From assembly GCF_001194135.2 (NCBI RefSeq), contig NC_068988.1:95356453-95420452 (forward strand): a stretch of DNA of 64,000 nt, in the 5' to 3' direction. Shown here one piece after another: positions 26,999 to 40,152 of the stretch (its first letter is position 1; each line of letters starts with the position of its first letter). The stretch is from Octopus bimaculoides. Taxonomy: Eukaryota. The position numbers were made by a program, and so were the translations under genes. The notes beneath the pieces were generated by a model. The model ran no database searches and was not told the DNA's origin. It worked only from the letters and a program-made list of their open reading frames with translations.

Positions 26999-27100
26999 TT
27001 AGAGAGAGATACAAATACACATTCATACATAAACATAATCATATATATGGCTATATTTCTATTCGTGTGTAGAGTCTATAAATATATGTGCGTGTGGGTA

Positions 27101-27211
<111 letters not shown>

Positions 27212-27306
27212 ACATAAGTTGATAGATATTCTTGAACATAGATATATGTATACAAATTTTTATATATATATTTGTATACGCACACACACACACTTACATA
27301 TATATT

Positions 27307-27407
<101 letters not shown>

Positions 27408-27888
27408 GTATGCATATCGAAAGAGAAAAGATAAAATACAAATTGTTTGACTGATGAATATACTGCACTGTATATAACCATACACACACATATAAACACA
27501 CACACACGCACATATATATACAGACACATATATACATATACAGATATATATATGAACAGAAAACTACACACGAACACATGTGTATATAATCATAAATATC
27601 ATCTTTCGAAGTATGTGTGTGTCTGTATGTGTGTGTCTGTATGTGTGTATGTTTGTGTGTAAGTATGTCTGGGTCAATGTGTGTGTGTTAGTACATGTGT
27701 ATATGCGTTTGTAGACAACGCCATGACTGTGTTTTTGTAGATAGCTTTTTTCTTTTAGTATAATATGTCGATATGACTATGTGAATGAGAGTGATTGTCT
27801 TTTTGTATGCGATCGTGTAGTCATACGTGTGTATGTTTGTGTGTATGTATGTGAGTTTTGGAATTCTTCGTGTGTGTGTGTGTGTGTG

Positions 27889-27955
<67 letters not shown>

Positions 27956-28220
27956 GTGTGTGTGTGTGTCGTCCGGAAGGGCTGTAGTATTTCGCGGGAT
28001 CGCTGGGTTGGCGTTTGCATCGGCCGCGTCTCATGTTATTGATGTTCCAGTCAGCTAGAAGATGAATTGTGCTCGTCTCATGCAATATTCAAGAGATGCG
28101 GTTTTTAATCATCCGACGCCTCATTATACATTGAAGAGCAAATGTTACCGTCGCTTTTCCTCAGGATCAATACCCACACACCGCTCTCTCTCGGATTTAT
28201 TTGTTTGCCGCCGATAACAA

Positions 28221-28253
<33 letters not shown>

Positions 28254-28690
28254 CGGCAAAAATAACAATAATCTTTGTACAAGGGGTAATAGTACTAGTA
28301 GTAGTAGTTGTTGTTGTTGTTGTTCTAGTTCTTGTTGTTCATGTTGTTGCTGAAGGGTATGAAAAAGTAAAAAAAAATAATCATACACTAATGCTACCTA
28401 AACCAGTGTCTAAATATTTTTTTACTTTATATTTTTATATATATTCTTTGTTGTTGTTGTTGTTGATATTGTTGTCGTTGTTGTTTTTCTTTCATTTCAT
28501 TTTCTCTATACATTTTAGTTATGTTTCATACTATTGTACTTAGTATGCATACGTATGTAAATTACACGCAAACACACATTTATAGAATATATATATATAT
28601 ATAGTATATATGTATATATATGTATATTTGTATATATAATATATATATGTATGTATATATATGTATATATATAATATATATGTATGTATA

Positions 28691-28775
28691 TGTGTGCATG
28701 TATATGTATATGTGTGCATGTATATGTATATGTGTGCATGTATATGTATATGTGTGCATGTATATGTATATGTGT
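28691..28775. repeat. 20-bp minisatellite (TGTGTGCATGTATATGTATA)n running into a gap
   Basis: Four exact units plus a partial one. Confidence 0.9.
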
Positions 28776-29292
28776 NNNNNNNNNNNNNNNNNNNNNNNNN
28801 NNNNNNNNNNNNNNNNNNNNNNNNNNNNNNNNNNNNNNNNNNNNNNNNNNNNNNNNNNNNNNNNNNNNNNNNNNNNNNNNNNNNNNNNNNNNNNNNNNNN
28901 NNNNNNNNNNNNNNNNNNNNNNNNNNNNNNNNNNNNNNNNNNNNNNNNNNNNNNNNNNNNNNNNNNNNNNNNNNNNNNNNNNNNNNNNNNNNNNNNNNNN
29001 NNNNNNNNNNNNNNNNNNNNNNNNNNNNNNNNNNNNNNNNNNNNNNNNNNNNNNNNNNNNNNNNNNNNNNNNNNNNNNNNNNNNNNNNNNNNNNNNNNNN
29101 NNNNNNNNNNNNNNNNNNNNNNNNNNNNNNNNNNNNNNNNNNNNNNNNNNNNNNNNNNNNNNNNNNNNNNNNNNNNNNNNNNNNNNNNNNNNNNNNNNNN
29201 NNNNNNNNNNNNNNNNNNNNNNNNNNNNNNNNNNNNNNNNNNNNNNNNNNNNNNNNNNNNNNNNNNNNNNNNNNNNNNNNNNNNNNNNNNNN

Positions 29293-29346
<54 letters not shown>

Positions 29347-32292
29347 GCACATGCAAGCATTATATGTGCGTGTGTGTGTGTTTTATTTTTCAGTTGAATA
29401 TGAGTTTCACTGACCCCTCATCTTATCCCTTATCTCTTTACTGGAGGGTGTTGATGCGTGTCCCGTTCGAACTTGGACGGTGTAGAGTTTTACTGATATG
29501 TTTTGGGAGTCGTCCCTGTGATGGTGATGGACACGGCGGAAATCGTGGTGACCAGTACCATTCGAAACCGGTAACAGACGGTGACAAGGAGCACAACTTC
29601 ATCCGGCCACGTTCATTGACTTCAGTTTCCACACGCGAGGGATCAACACCATTCTCCTGACCAGCCTCTTTGAGTGCAGGATCGACAGATCCTTAAGCTT
29701 GCTTGAAATTCAGTTGTGTGCGTATCTTGAGGTGGATAGGAACTGGGGTAAAGCTACGAATAGGGGTTTCATTTACGAAAATGGTCCGAGTGGAAGCTAT
29801 CTCTGAAAGATGATGTTAAAGTGGGGAATGCATTCATTGTACCCATTGTATATCACAACTAAGCTATCTTACTTTCCCTTCTTGTCTAAACATCGTCGAG
29901 AATCTTGCTATTTCTTCGTTTCTCGTACAATATTGAGTTTATATTGTCTGCTCAATATAAACTCTGTGTGCACACGAAGTCCACCGTCATCGAGGTCCGC
30001 TCAAGTAGCGCAGAGTGCGATGTCACTACACTGAACGTACTTGTTCAATGCTGGAGCATTGTTGAACTGTGAATTGCTCTGGGCCTTCATTGGGCCAAGA
30101 ACAGCATTTCAGTTTTATGGTATCTGGAGGTTGTCCTGAGAAAAGCTTATACGTTAGATGCGATTATATGGATTGGGAGACAACGCATTTTTCTCTGACC
30201 AAACGCTGGTTAACTTCTCAAGTTCCACGGAGTGATGAAGGTGAGAGCAAAGTGAGAGAGAAAGAAAGAGAGAGGGGGAGAGAAAAAATTAGAGTGATTA
30301 CTATCCATTAAGTTTCTGGCTGGAGCGACAAGAATGAGTTCTGTTGATGGCCCTCAATGCACTTGTTAGCCGAGGAATAAAGCTAGGAGGGTGTTCTTAG
30401 CCTTGTTAGTCAGAATAATGCTGGATCTGTGAAATTCTTCATGAAGACTCTCAATGCACACTATAACACCACTTTCATTTTGATTTAAATGTAATCCTCC
30501 ATGTTTTTTTTTGTTTGTTTTTTTTTTTTTTGGTAATCTGCCCGTGTGATATTCTTTATTCCACCTCACTTGATTATAAAACTGTTCATACTATTATTGT
30601 TAATATGTATATACAAACCTGGAATGGTGTTAGCTGAAATATTTTGTCTCGGGGACTTCTCAGCGAGACGTCTGTTGTACACAACACAATGCTTCTTTCA
30701 GAACGGCAATCGCAGACGTGGTATTCCGACCTGATTTGGTCTCCTCACTGACGAATAATCAGGACATTCTCAGCAAAGCCGAAAAGTGCTGGTTTAGTTA
30801 TGGAAATCGATAAACATTTACTGATTTATGCGGAAGCTAGTCAAGGTAGAATTGAGTTAATAAACACACCAGAAACTGCCTTGCATTAACTTCCCGGTGT
30901 GTATAACGTTTATTCTCTATAAATGTTGAATGGCGCTGGCTGTAACCTTTTTTCTCAAAGAGGTTTCACAAAGAATCGTTCCTGCATTTCTGATGTTTGT
31001 CTTTATACAATGCATAACCAGGGAACTGGGAGAATGATGTAAAGTGTACAGCAACGGATTAAATGATTTGTAGTATTTCATTTCGAGCTCTAATGCCGTG
31101 TGTTCAAATCTCACCCAGGCATACTTCACCTTTCATGCTTCAGGTGAGAAAAGTACCAGTGAAATAGCAGGGGAATCAATGTAATTGACTTTAATACAAC
31201 CAGAATATACATGAATCCGAGTACCCAAGGTAAAAGAAAACATTACAATTTTTGTTAGATATTTAATCCCAGATTAATAACCAAAGGAAACCCACCAATA
31301 GCATCCATTTTTTTTTATTCCTATGTGCACGGAATATAGGATTACATGGTTTGACGTATTCTTTTCTAAACGGTACAGTGTGATTTAAGAGATGTTTTTC
31401 CTGCTCTTTCTAGTAGCTCGAGCGCACCTTCGCTCGTATTAAGGTGATGTAAGGCAAAACTTAGAGAGCTGCAGAAAATGTTTTGGAATATTTCGTTATG
31501 ATGTGTTAGTGGATCTCCTAACTTTCTGATCTTAACTGATTGGAGGTGTTTTGTCTTGGTTTAAAAGATGAGCCACAACAAATATTCTGCTCAATACCAG
31601 AGATTTGCTTGTCAGTTGTTTGACCTTAACCAGTTGGGCATGTCCCTCGGTGGATGACGATATGTGCATCTCTGATGGGGGAGCATCATAGCCATGTGTT
31701 GAGTGGAAATCTTTGAGGTTTGGATAATTTACCTCTAATAATTCATCATCCCTTTATTCAGGGACATTTTGAGCGGGATGGGCTAGTCGAGCTGAAGAAA
31801 ATTCTAACTGGGCCCCACCTGCAAGGTTATGCGCTGTTTATCTTGATATGAGATCACCATGTTGTGCACATGTGGTTGTGATGCATGAGCCTGGTGTACC
31901 CTTATCAGACGGGGAGTCATGATGGGTATAATGGGATTCGTACAATTTTACCCCAGCGTAACTTTGATGGCATGCGCTGCTCTCACACTCAATATTGATA
32001 TTAATAATAATAATAATCGTTATTGTTGTTGTTGTTGTCGTCGTTGTTTTTAAAGTTATTGTCATTCTTGTTTTTTCGCTCGTATTTCAAATCGCGTTGA
32101 TGCAGACTTAATCTGTGATCTTATTGGGGTCGATAAAATGAAATGCTATTGAAGTACTAGAATCGATAAAATCGATTTCACGCTCCCCAAATTAGAAATC
32201 GTCATCATTATTGGTATTATTACTAATGGAGAAATCATTATCTTCATCATCACCATCATAATCAACATCATCATCATCCTTATTATTATTAT

Positions 32293-32330
<38 letters not shown>

Positions 32331-32639
32331 AGTGTGTCATGAATAAGAGAGTCAGTCCTGACGTGTGTCGCATTAAAGACTCTGTGGTGCTTACTCTTGT
32401 CCTACAGTTTCAATTAAAATCCCACCGAAATTCATTTGGCGCCTAGATCAATATATAACTACCAATCATGTGCTCAGATCGATTAATTCCGTTCCACCCA
32501 TCTTTCTCATAACTGTGTCTCCCTTTTTGGCAATGAATCAAGTCATTATCAAATCTGCTGCACATTCGTCAGGTCGCACCAACAAACAAGGCTTTTCGTT
32601 CCTTTTAAGCTCACACACAAAGTGCGCGCCCTAATATAA

Positions 32640-32675
<36 letters not shown>

Positions 32676-32682
32676 TGAGAGA

Positions 32683-32728
<46 letters not shown>

Positions 32729-32751
32729 AAATGCGTGTGTGTGTATGTATG

Positions 32752-32797
<46 letters not shown>

Positions 32798-32814
32798 CAT
32801 ACATACATAAAAAA

Positions 32815-33350
32815 CAAAACATCTCGAAAAATGAATCACTCCAGAGGACACTCACTAAACGAATTAAGGGCATGACTGATCTCAATTACTGGGACCGCCT
32901 TAAAGCCTTGAAACTTTACTCTCTCCAGCCCCGCTGCGAACGGTACATCATTTGTACGATGTGGAGAATATCCCGCCAGCATTGCCCAAACGATCTGAAC
33001 TTCAAGGCTGGGACCACGAGTCATACATCCCCTGCCCAATTCAGTATTACAACATATAGGTACAATGCGACATACTTTCTTTCCCTCAACAGGCCCTGCC
33101 CTGTTTAATATTGTCCCAAAACTGATCAAAGAAGAAAAGGATCCTATCAGCTTTAAACGGAGTCTGGACAGATCTCTTCACGGAATATCAGACAAGCCAC
33201 CCATACCTGGATACAACTCGCTCAACAAGAACTCACTACTTGAATGGACCATAATACCACAAAACTTGACTTAAAAAGGATTTAGATAATCCTATCAGGT
33301 GGTGCTATTAAGTTAGAATGGCCTGGACCAGTCTGGCTGCTACTGTTCTG
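32815..33350 (+). mobile_element. CR1-type LINE 3' end (RT C-terminus, frameshifted, plus UTR)
   Basis: [43 protein letters not shown], then in a second frame GPALFNIVPKLIK...SFKRSLDRSL..ISDKPPIPGY..LNKNSLLEW; a typical CR1 ORF2 terminus. Confidence 0.88.
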
Positions 33351-34574
33351 TGAAATGTGTTGTTTTTCTCTGATGAGGCGTCAATAAATACTAAAATTAA
33401 TCCCATCAATATCTTTTTTCTTGCCATCGGGGAGAGAATATTGTAGTTTTCTGCAGATTAAAAATTGAAAGAATAACTATATTTACAGAGTGAAGAATGA
33501 TCGGAAAAAACAAAAGGAATGGCCACGGTTGGTATACCATTATTCAATGTTGAATGGGAGTAACCAACAACAAACTGTCAATTGTTTCCCTAACACTACA
33601 ATACGTCGTGGGTTTGGTGGTTAATTTTAAAAGTTGAGTCTGTTATCGCCACTAAAATGGTTAATTTGAACAGAAACGACATTAACAAGATGTTTGTGAT
33701 AGCAAGCAGAGTACATTGTTGTGATATTTTCTAGGTTAACTTTGAGACTACATATATCACATTTCCTGATAATATAGATATTAGGTGATAACAGAGAGAA
33801 ATATATGCAAACACATATGTTTAGAGATAATTCAGGAACAGCTACATCGAAAATTCTGCTGCAGCTAATATATTTATTATTCACGCAAGCGGCAACGGGT
33901 TTTCAGGAGAATAGATAGGTTACAGCATTTTGCTTCGGCCTTTAAGTTTCAATTCTTGCTCAGTTCTTGTAGAGGTTCCTTCTGTCTTTGACATCTGCAG
34001 TGTCAATGACATAAATATAGCCGACGTTCTACTGGTGATTCATTTGAGAGGATCAATCCCCAGCAAATTCGTAACTTTGCAATAATATCCTGAATCATCA
34101 CAGAATAGGAAGTAAGTTGCAACCATAACGAAGGATGACTCATTGTCGGTTCTCGGAAGATATAGATTCACATCGCTTATATCATATGTCCGTAAGTAAA
34201 TAGTGATATGAGGTTTAAAATGCATAGTTTTTCACTTTCTTACCGAGCCACACACTTGCCATGAAGAGGTTTCTGTTCCCATCTGCTAGCTAATTTTTCA
34301 TGTCTTTGCAATTAATTTTATTTTCTTTGCAGCAGCAGTTGGCGCATTTCGTTCAGCCTGTTCAAGCTGGTGGGTATCTAAGAGTTCGGTAGCGAATTGT
34401 TTGCTCTTTTAGAATAGAGTGAAGTTTTTTCGGTCTTACATGTTTTTCAACAAGTTTTACTATCCAATCGTTGGTTGTTTCAAGGTATTTCAACAGACCG
34501 ATTGTGGTGGTTTTGTACGTAAGTTCAAGCTGGATCAAGCCTCGACCTCCCTGAGCTCTGGGAAGGTAAAGGCA

Positions 34575-34626
34575 ATGTCGACCTCGGCAGAATTTGAACT
34601 CAGAACGTAAGGACGGACGAAATATC

Positions 34627-34700
<74 letters not shown>
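34575..34700 (-). mobile_element. SINE family A fragment adjoining a long (TTA)n tract (34628-34700)
   Basis: gtcgacctcggcagaatttgaactcagaacgtaaggacggacgaaata followed by (tta)n. Confidence 0.8.
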
Positions 34701-35260
34701 GTAGCCTTTTTCAAACCAAAATGGCTTTTCAACCCAATATTTACATGTTATTATTTATAGTATGTGTGTTGTTGGAGATCCAATTCGAAAGAAGAATTAT
34801 TTCGCATTTGGCAAACCTTTTTGGGTGTATTCCTCTCAATCTCCAAGCTATATTTACATTAGTTCAACTTCGCTCTGTCATAAAATTCACCCTCTGTGAC
34901 AAATATTGCTCAAGGAACATCATAAATTGAGCTTTGCTAAGTTAAAATAAGCAATAGAAATAAATTGTTTTCGTCAATTTCACAGTGCTCCCTCTGCTTT
35001 TAGCAACATGTTGTTCCTACCCTATTTTCAATTAGGCAGGCTGAAACTTCTCTAGAGATAAATACTCTGACAGTAGAAAGAAAACAGTTGATGACCCATC
35101 GCTACGTCGTCTTTATCTCTCTCCTTCTTTATCTCGCCATCTCTCTCTCTCTTTCTTTCTCTCTTTCTTTCTATCTGTTTGAAAGACTATTCTGCTTTAT
35201 CAGAGCTGAACTTATGAGACACCCTATCAAACAGTCTACATGACGTTAGTCTTTCATCGG

Positions 35261-35317
35261 TGACGTCACTGAACGGCTGTGACAAAGATACTGCACGAGC
35301 AACGCTGACCTTTGACC
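35261..35317. promoter_or_regulatory. Candidate enhancer: palindromic CRE (TGACGTCA) plus DR1-type nuclear receptor site (TGACCTTTGACC)
   Basis: TGACGTCA at 35261-35268 and TGACCTTTGACC at 35306-35317 in unique DNA. Function is inferred. Confidence 0.3.
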
Positions 35318-35709
35318 GTAAACTTTTGATCTCCGACAGGAAACCAACTCGCTCGAAAATATCGTGTGAATCAAGTATCTCTTTTCAGCGTTCATTCAGT
35401 GAACGACGCACCTCTTCTCATCAAAGACTATATTCCATCGATAGACATACAAAAGACTTATTAACATCATTGTCGTTATATTCCCTTTAAATCAGTTTTA
35501 AGTAGGTTATGTTTCTATTTTGTGCATATCGATTCATACTCATTCAGGTTCCATATTTCTCACAAGAACACACAAGGTGATGGAGTCGCAGAACCGTTAG
35601 AGCATCTGACAAAATGTCAAGGGTATTTAGTTGCAGACCTATATGTTCTGCGATCAAATCCGGCCAAGGAAAACTTTTACATACATGCATATATGTATAC
35701 ATATATATA

Positions 35710-35792
<83 letters not shown>

Positions 35793-35813
35793 GTGTGTGG
35801 TTTATAATATTCA

Positions 35814-35968
35814 ACGGGCTTCTTTCAGTTTTCGTCTATAAAATCCACTCCCAATGCTTTGGTCGGCCCATGGCTATAGTAGAAATCACTTGCACAAGAT
35901 GCTGTACAGAGGAACTGAACCTGAAACCATGAGGTTGGGAAGCAAACTTCATACCATACAGCCACGCT
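35814..35968 (-). mobile_element. SINE family B, 5' half
   Basis: gggcttctttcagttttcgtctataaaatccactc...ccatacagccac. Confidence 0.85.
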
Positions 35969-36016
35969 TGTGTTATGACATTCAAATATCAGTAATATTC
36001 CAACGATTCCACCAAA

Positions 36017-36060
36017 AACAAACCCAACCGTAAGGTTGGGTTTGTTGCTGCGAAACTAGT
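36017..36060 (+). mobile_element. Helitron-like 3' terminus (13-bp perfect hairpin, 9-nt spacer, CTAG|T)
   Basis: AACAAACCCAACC-GTAA-GGTTGGGTTTGTT, then GCTGCGAAA, then CTAG followed by T. Confidence 0.4.
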
Positions 36061-36237
36061 TTCGTGATTTGGGTTTACCAGTGTGACGTTTCTATGGCAT
36101 TTCAATTTTCCATAATAAATCAATAACTGAACGAAATGAAATATCAAGCGGTATCGATCTTCTTAGAGAAGAAATCTGCTCTATTAACACATCTTGTCTC
36201 TTAAAAGTTAGCATTATTCTTACGTGTATCAATGTGT

Positions 36238-36283
<46 letters not shown>

Positions 36284-37448
36284 GTGTGTTATTATGTATA
36301 AAATGTACACACACACTCATATATATGTTTGTATGTTGCATAAACATAAATATGTGGCAAAACGTGTGTGTGTGTGTGTGTGCATATATACATATATATT
36401 ATATTTAATTACTATTTGATTATATTTAATTACTGTCCGCCGTCATAATTTATATTTTCAATCAATATTTTTTATGTTAATTCTACATTTATTGCATTGC
36501 TGTTTATTAAGTGCCAAGATATATATATTTATGTCTTGTCACTGACTTTTAAAACTTATATATTTCTAAGCTACTCCATTTAAAATCCATTGTTTTTAAC
36601 GTTCTCCTTCACTCCATCTCCAACAGAAACCAGTTTTCACCGATTCCGACTTGTTCACTTTTCTCTCTGTCCATTGATTTGCTTTGGCTATTTGACTCTC
36701 CCGCTTTCTCTTTCTCTCTCTCTCTCTCTCCCGAAGTCGAAAAGATATATAGAATAATTTCAGCCCTTTACCCTGACTAAAGAATGGAAGGCGCCAGTAT
36801 AAGGATTGATTGCAAGAAGCACGGTCAGTTGCGGTGTGAAAATTAAAAAAGAAAAAAAAAGGAAAGAAAACGAAAGTTGAACTGAACAAATAACATCTTT
36901 ATTGTCAAGTTGAAGAAAAGTAATATATCACGGTTGTATGTGAGAAGGATTGAAGGGCAAATATTTTTGTTTGATGACTATATTGGCAATTGGCCCGGCT
37001 AAAATAAACAAGGGGCTCGATTTGTCGAATAACTAGTCCTGAATTCATTAGACAATCTCCACGAAGACTAGTAAAAGTTGACCTAACTTTGCTAAGGGTT
37101 ACTTGTTCTTCGTCCATTTATCATTTCTTCAATCAGGCTTTCTTCGTCTGAAAGAAGTCATTTTCGATTCTCATCTAACTCTCTTCGTTTACTTAGGTCT
37201 TTTTCACAGCCGATAGAGAAAAGTTGCACAACAGTCGTTTGTGGAAAAACCACTGCTTCTCCCAAAACAAGCTACATAAAATTTTGCATGTAAACAATTG
37301 CAAAGTTTATTGTATAAGATTAAAAGATCGGTTACCAACATCAAACTACTACCACCACCACCACTACTACTACTGCGTATTTTTAGTAATAATGAGGTTT
37401 AAGGGGAGGGGCTACAGTGCGTTACAATATATTAAGACGTTAAGCATT

Positions 37449-37520
<72 letters not shown>

Positions 37521-37522
<2 letters not shown>

Positions 37523-37898
37523 GTGGCACTCCGTCGGTTGCGACGACGAGAGTTCCAGTTGATCCAATCAACGGAACATCCTGCTCGTGAAATTAACGTG
37601 CAAGTGGCTGAGCACTCCACAGACACGTGTACCCTTAACGTAGTTCTCGGGGAGATTCAGCAAGACACAGTGTGACAAGGTTTACCCTTTGAAATACAGG
37701 TACAACAGAAACAGGAAGAAAGAGTGAGAGAAAGTTGTGGTGAAAGAGTACAGCAGGGTTCACCACCAGCCTCTGCAAGAGCCTCGTGGGGCTTTTAGGT
37801 GTTTTCGCTCGATAAACACTCACAACGCCTGGTCTGGGAATCGAAACCGCTATCCTACGACCGCGTGTCCGCTGCCCTCACCACTGGACCATTGCTCC
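37521..37898 (-). mobile_element. SINE family C (tRNA head; probably one of the octopus OR-type families)
   Basis: Minus-strand head gcaatggtccagtggtgagggcagcgg...ggtttcgattcccagacc with A and B boxes; high identity to 41986-42351 and 61893-62203. Confidence 0.92.
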
Positions 37899-38344
37899 TT
37901 CACATGTATGTGTGTGTGTGTGTGTGTGTGTGTATGTAAGAGGAAGGGAGACAGACACAGAAAGAGTGTGTGTTTCGCGACTTGTCTCACGCCATTTCGC
38001 CTGAAGCTCACAATGACGTGAAACTCGAGTCACAAGATAAAAACTTGGCTCCAACTTCCTCCACAACATGTACTGAGTACCCTTTTACTGAGCCATTCAG
38101 CATCAAGCAACGTACGAATAATATACATACATACATGTGTGTGTGTGTGTGTGTGCGTGAGCACGCGCGCGAATATAAATAGACGCACATACATGAGAGT
38201 GGTTGAGATGATTGCTTTACGAGATCTTTAGAACGAGAACATTTTGCGTACGTGTGAATAGCTTCGAATCGCCCCCCTCCCCATCTTGCCAGTGAAATAG
38301 AGTTGGCAGAACCTGCAGAAGCCTGCCAGGCGGATGGTACCCAG

Positions 38345-38500
38345 AATTAAAAAGGTACAGTCTTGTCTCAGACTGTGTCACGCTGATTCAGCCTGAGAAT
38401 TACGTTAAAAGTACAATATGTCTTTGGAATACTCAGTCACTTACGCGTTAATTCAGGAGCAGGTAATTCAATTAAGGTCAAACAACTGAAAGCTCTCGGT
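38345..38500 (+). mobile_element. Old diverged SINE family C/D tail
   Basis: ctgtgtcacgctga...gagaattacgttaaaagtac...cagtcacttacgcgttaattc aligns with 44755-44850. Confidence 0.65.
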
Positions 38501-39412
38501 GGCATGTATGCATACTTACATGCACAGGTACGTATACATATATACCTGCCTGCATACACATTTACATATAGGCAGACAGACAGATCTTCTAAGTCTGTAA
38601 TTCTTGTTTTAATGATAAGGTGTCATGCCTTTAAATGTCTTCTTTCAGTTTTCGATTTATCGATTACGTTTAAGAGGATTGATACGTCTCGATCGCAATA
38701 TTTTCTTCATATTCCTCGAGAAAATCTTTTCTTTTATTTTATTTTTTTTTTTCAAGAAAATGGTTATGCAAAGAATACAACGAATGCAAAAGCCACACAG
38801 ACAGTAAACTCTATCTTCCATATTTAATTCAGCGGCCGAACCGAAAATAGTAGATTGGATTCCGGGAGTCATGAAATGTCAGGAAGTGTCGAATATTGAA
38901 GACATGTGACTGTATTATACGCTTAATACGAAGATATGTCTATATACTGTCTACACAATATTTATAATGTTTTAAATAAATAACCAGGCAACTGTATACA
39001 TATATAGATACACACACACGCCCACATATATATATATACACACGCATATATATCATCATCACCACCATTATGTGTATGATAATGATAGTCATGATGATCA
39101 TGATGATGGCGTCGGTGTTTGGACATGCTCCTAGGTAAGAATGCTTTTTGCGTTTATGCAAGAATACAAATTCCAAGTTTGGGAACTCTCGTACCGAGCA
39201 GACGAACGTAAATAAGAAAGTTGAATGTTATTCGTTTTGTAGAAGTATTTGTATATCTTTTATAGTCATCTGCATTTTGTGGTGCAACGTTTTGTTATTT
39301 CCGTTATTGTAGTAATAATAAAAATAAACGCGCTTGGAGATTAATACATAGATAACTGACGAGATAGAACTACAGTGCTAGATAGATAGATTCATACATA
39401 CATACATATATA

Positions 39413-40152
39413 CATAGTAGCTAGGACACTATAATGAAATCCGTCGGAAGAATAATCCCGAGGACAAAGAAATAAGAACCCACAATATGGTAGAAGCCAT
39501 AGCCACTCATAATAAAAACAAGTACTGGTGGAATGTCCCAGTGAAGACCTCAATAAAATGTAAGCACGACACACCGGATATAATGATTTGGGATAGAGAA
39601 GAGAAACTGTGCACAGTTGTGGAAATTAGGTGCCCAGTGGATGTTAACGTAAAGCTGAAGATCAGTATAAAANNNNNNNNNNGGATGTTAACGTAAAGCT
39701 GAAGATCAGTATAAAAGAGAACACCTATGCTGAACTATTGAGAAATCTGCAGTTACTCTATCCAAATTACAAGTTCAGGTTTTATACCTGTAATTATTGT
39801 GGCCCTGATGTAAGTAACACACTGCCTAAATACCAATCTTGAGAAATTAGATTTCTCAAAACCAGAAAGGAGAAAGCTAATTTGAAGACTACAGATCCAA
39901 TCCCTCACTGCAACTGTAAAAATCTGTAAAACTTTCCAGAAGTTTATCATTTAAATATATAAGAGCATGTCTAGACATGTAGCTATATGCATGGGAATAC
40001 ATACATAAAACATACAAATCTGAACATACATACAGACAGACAGACAAAAATACTCTGTTGTTGATGTTGAAATTCCAATGAAGGAACCTTGGATCTAGAT
40101 TAGAAACCGGTTCTTTCTCTATTGGCAAGAAATCTTGAAATAACCTGAATAA
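39413..40152 (+). mobile_element. Non-LTR retrotransposon 3' end with restriction-like endonuclease (R4/Dong-type), coding to 39954 plus 3' UTR
   Basis: YWWNVPVKTSIKCKHDTPDIMIWDREEKLCTVVEIRCP.D.N...K..KENTYAELLRNLQLLYP.YKFRFIPVI..AL gives the PD..D..K..E..CP RLE signature; flanked by (CATA)n-like repeats at both ends. Confidence 0.88.

Noticed and set aside
31570-31990. GC-richer block that looks like an interspersed repeat or LINE 5' UTR; tested by eye for an HDV-like ribozyme
   Set aside because: Single copy in this window with no ORF; P3 and P1.1 elements of an HDV fold could not be assigned. Needs a repeat-library search.
33998-34197. Exon candidate ending at the GTAAGT donors (34112, 34192)
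   Set aside because: All three frames from the upstream acceptor at 34000 hit stop codons.
39639-39716. 34-bp direct repeat around a 10-N gap in the RLE element
   Set aside because: Exact overlap across a nominal gap: an unmerged contig end. Removing it restores the frame seen in the second copy.
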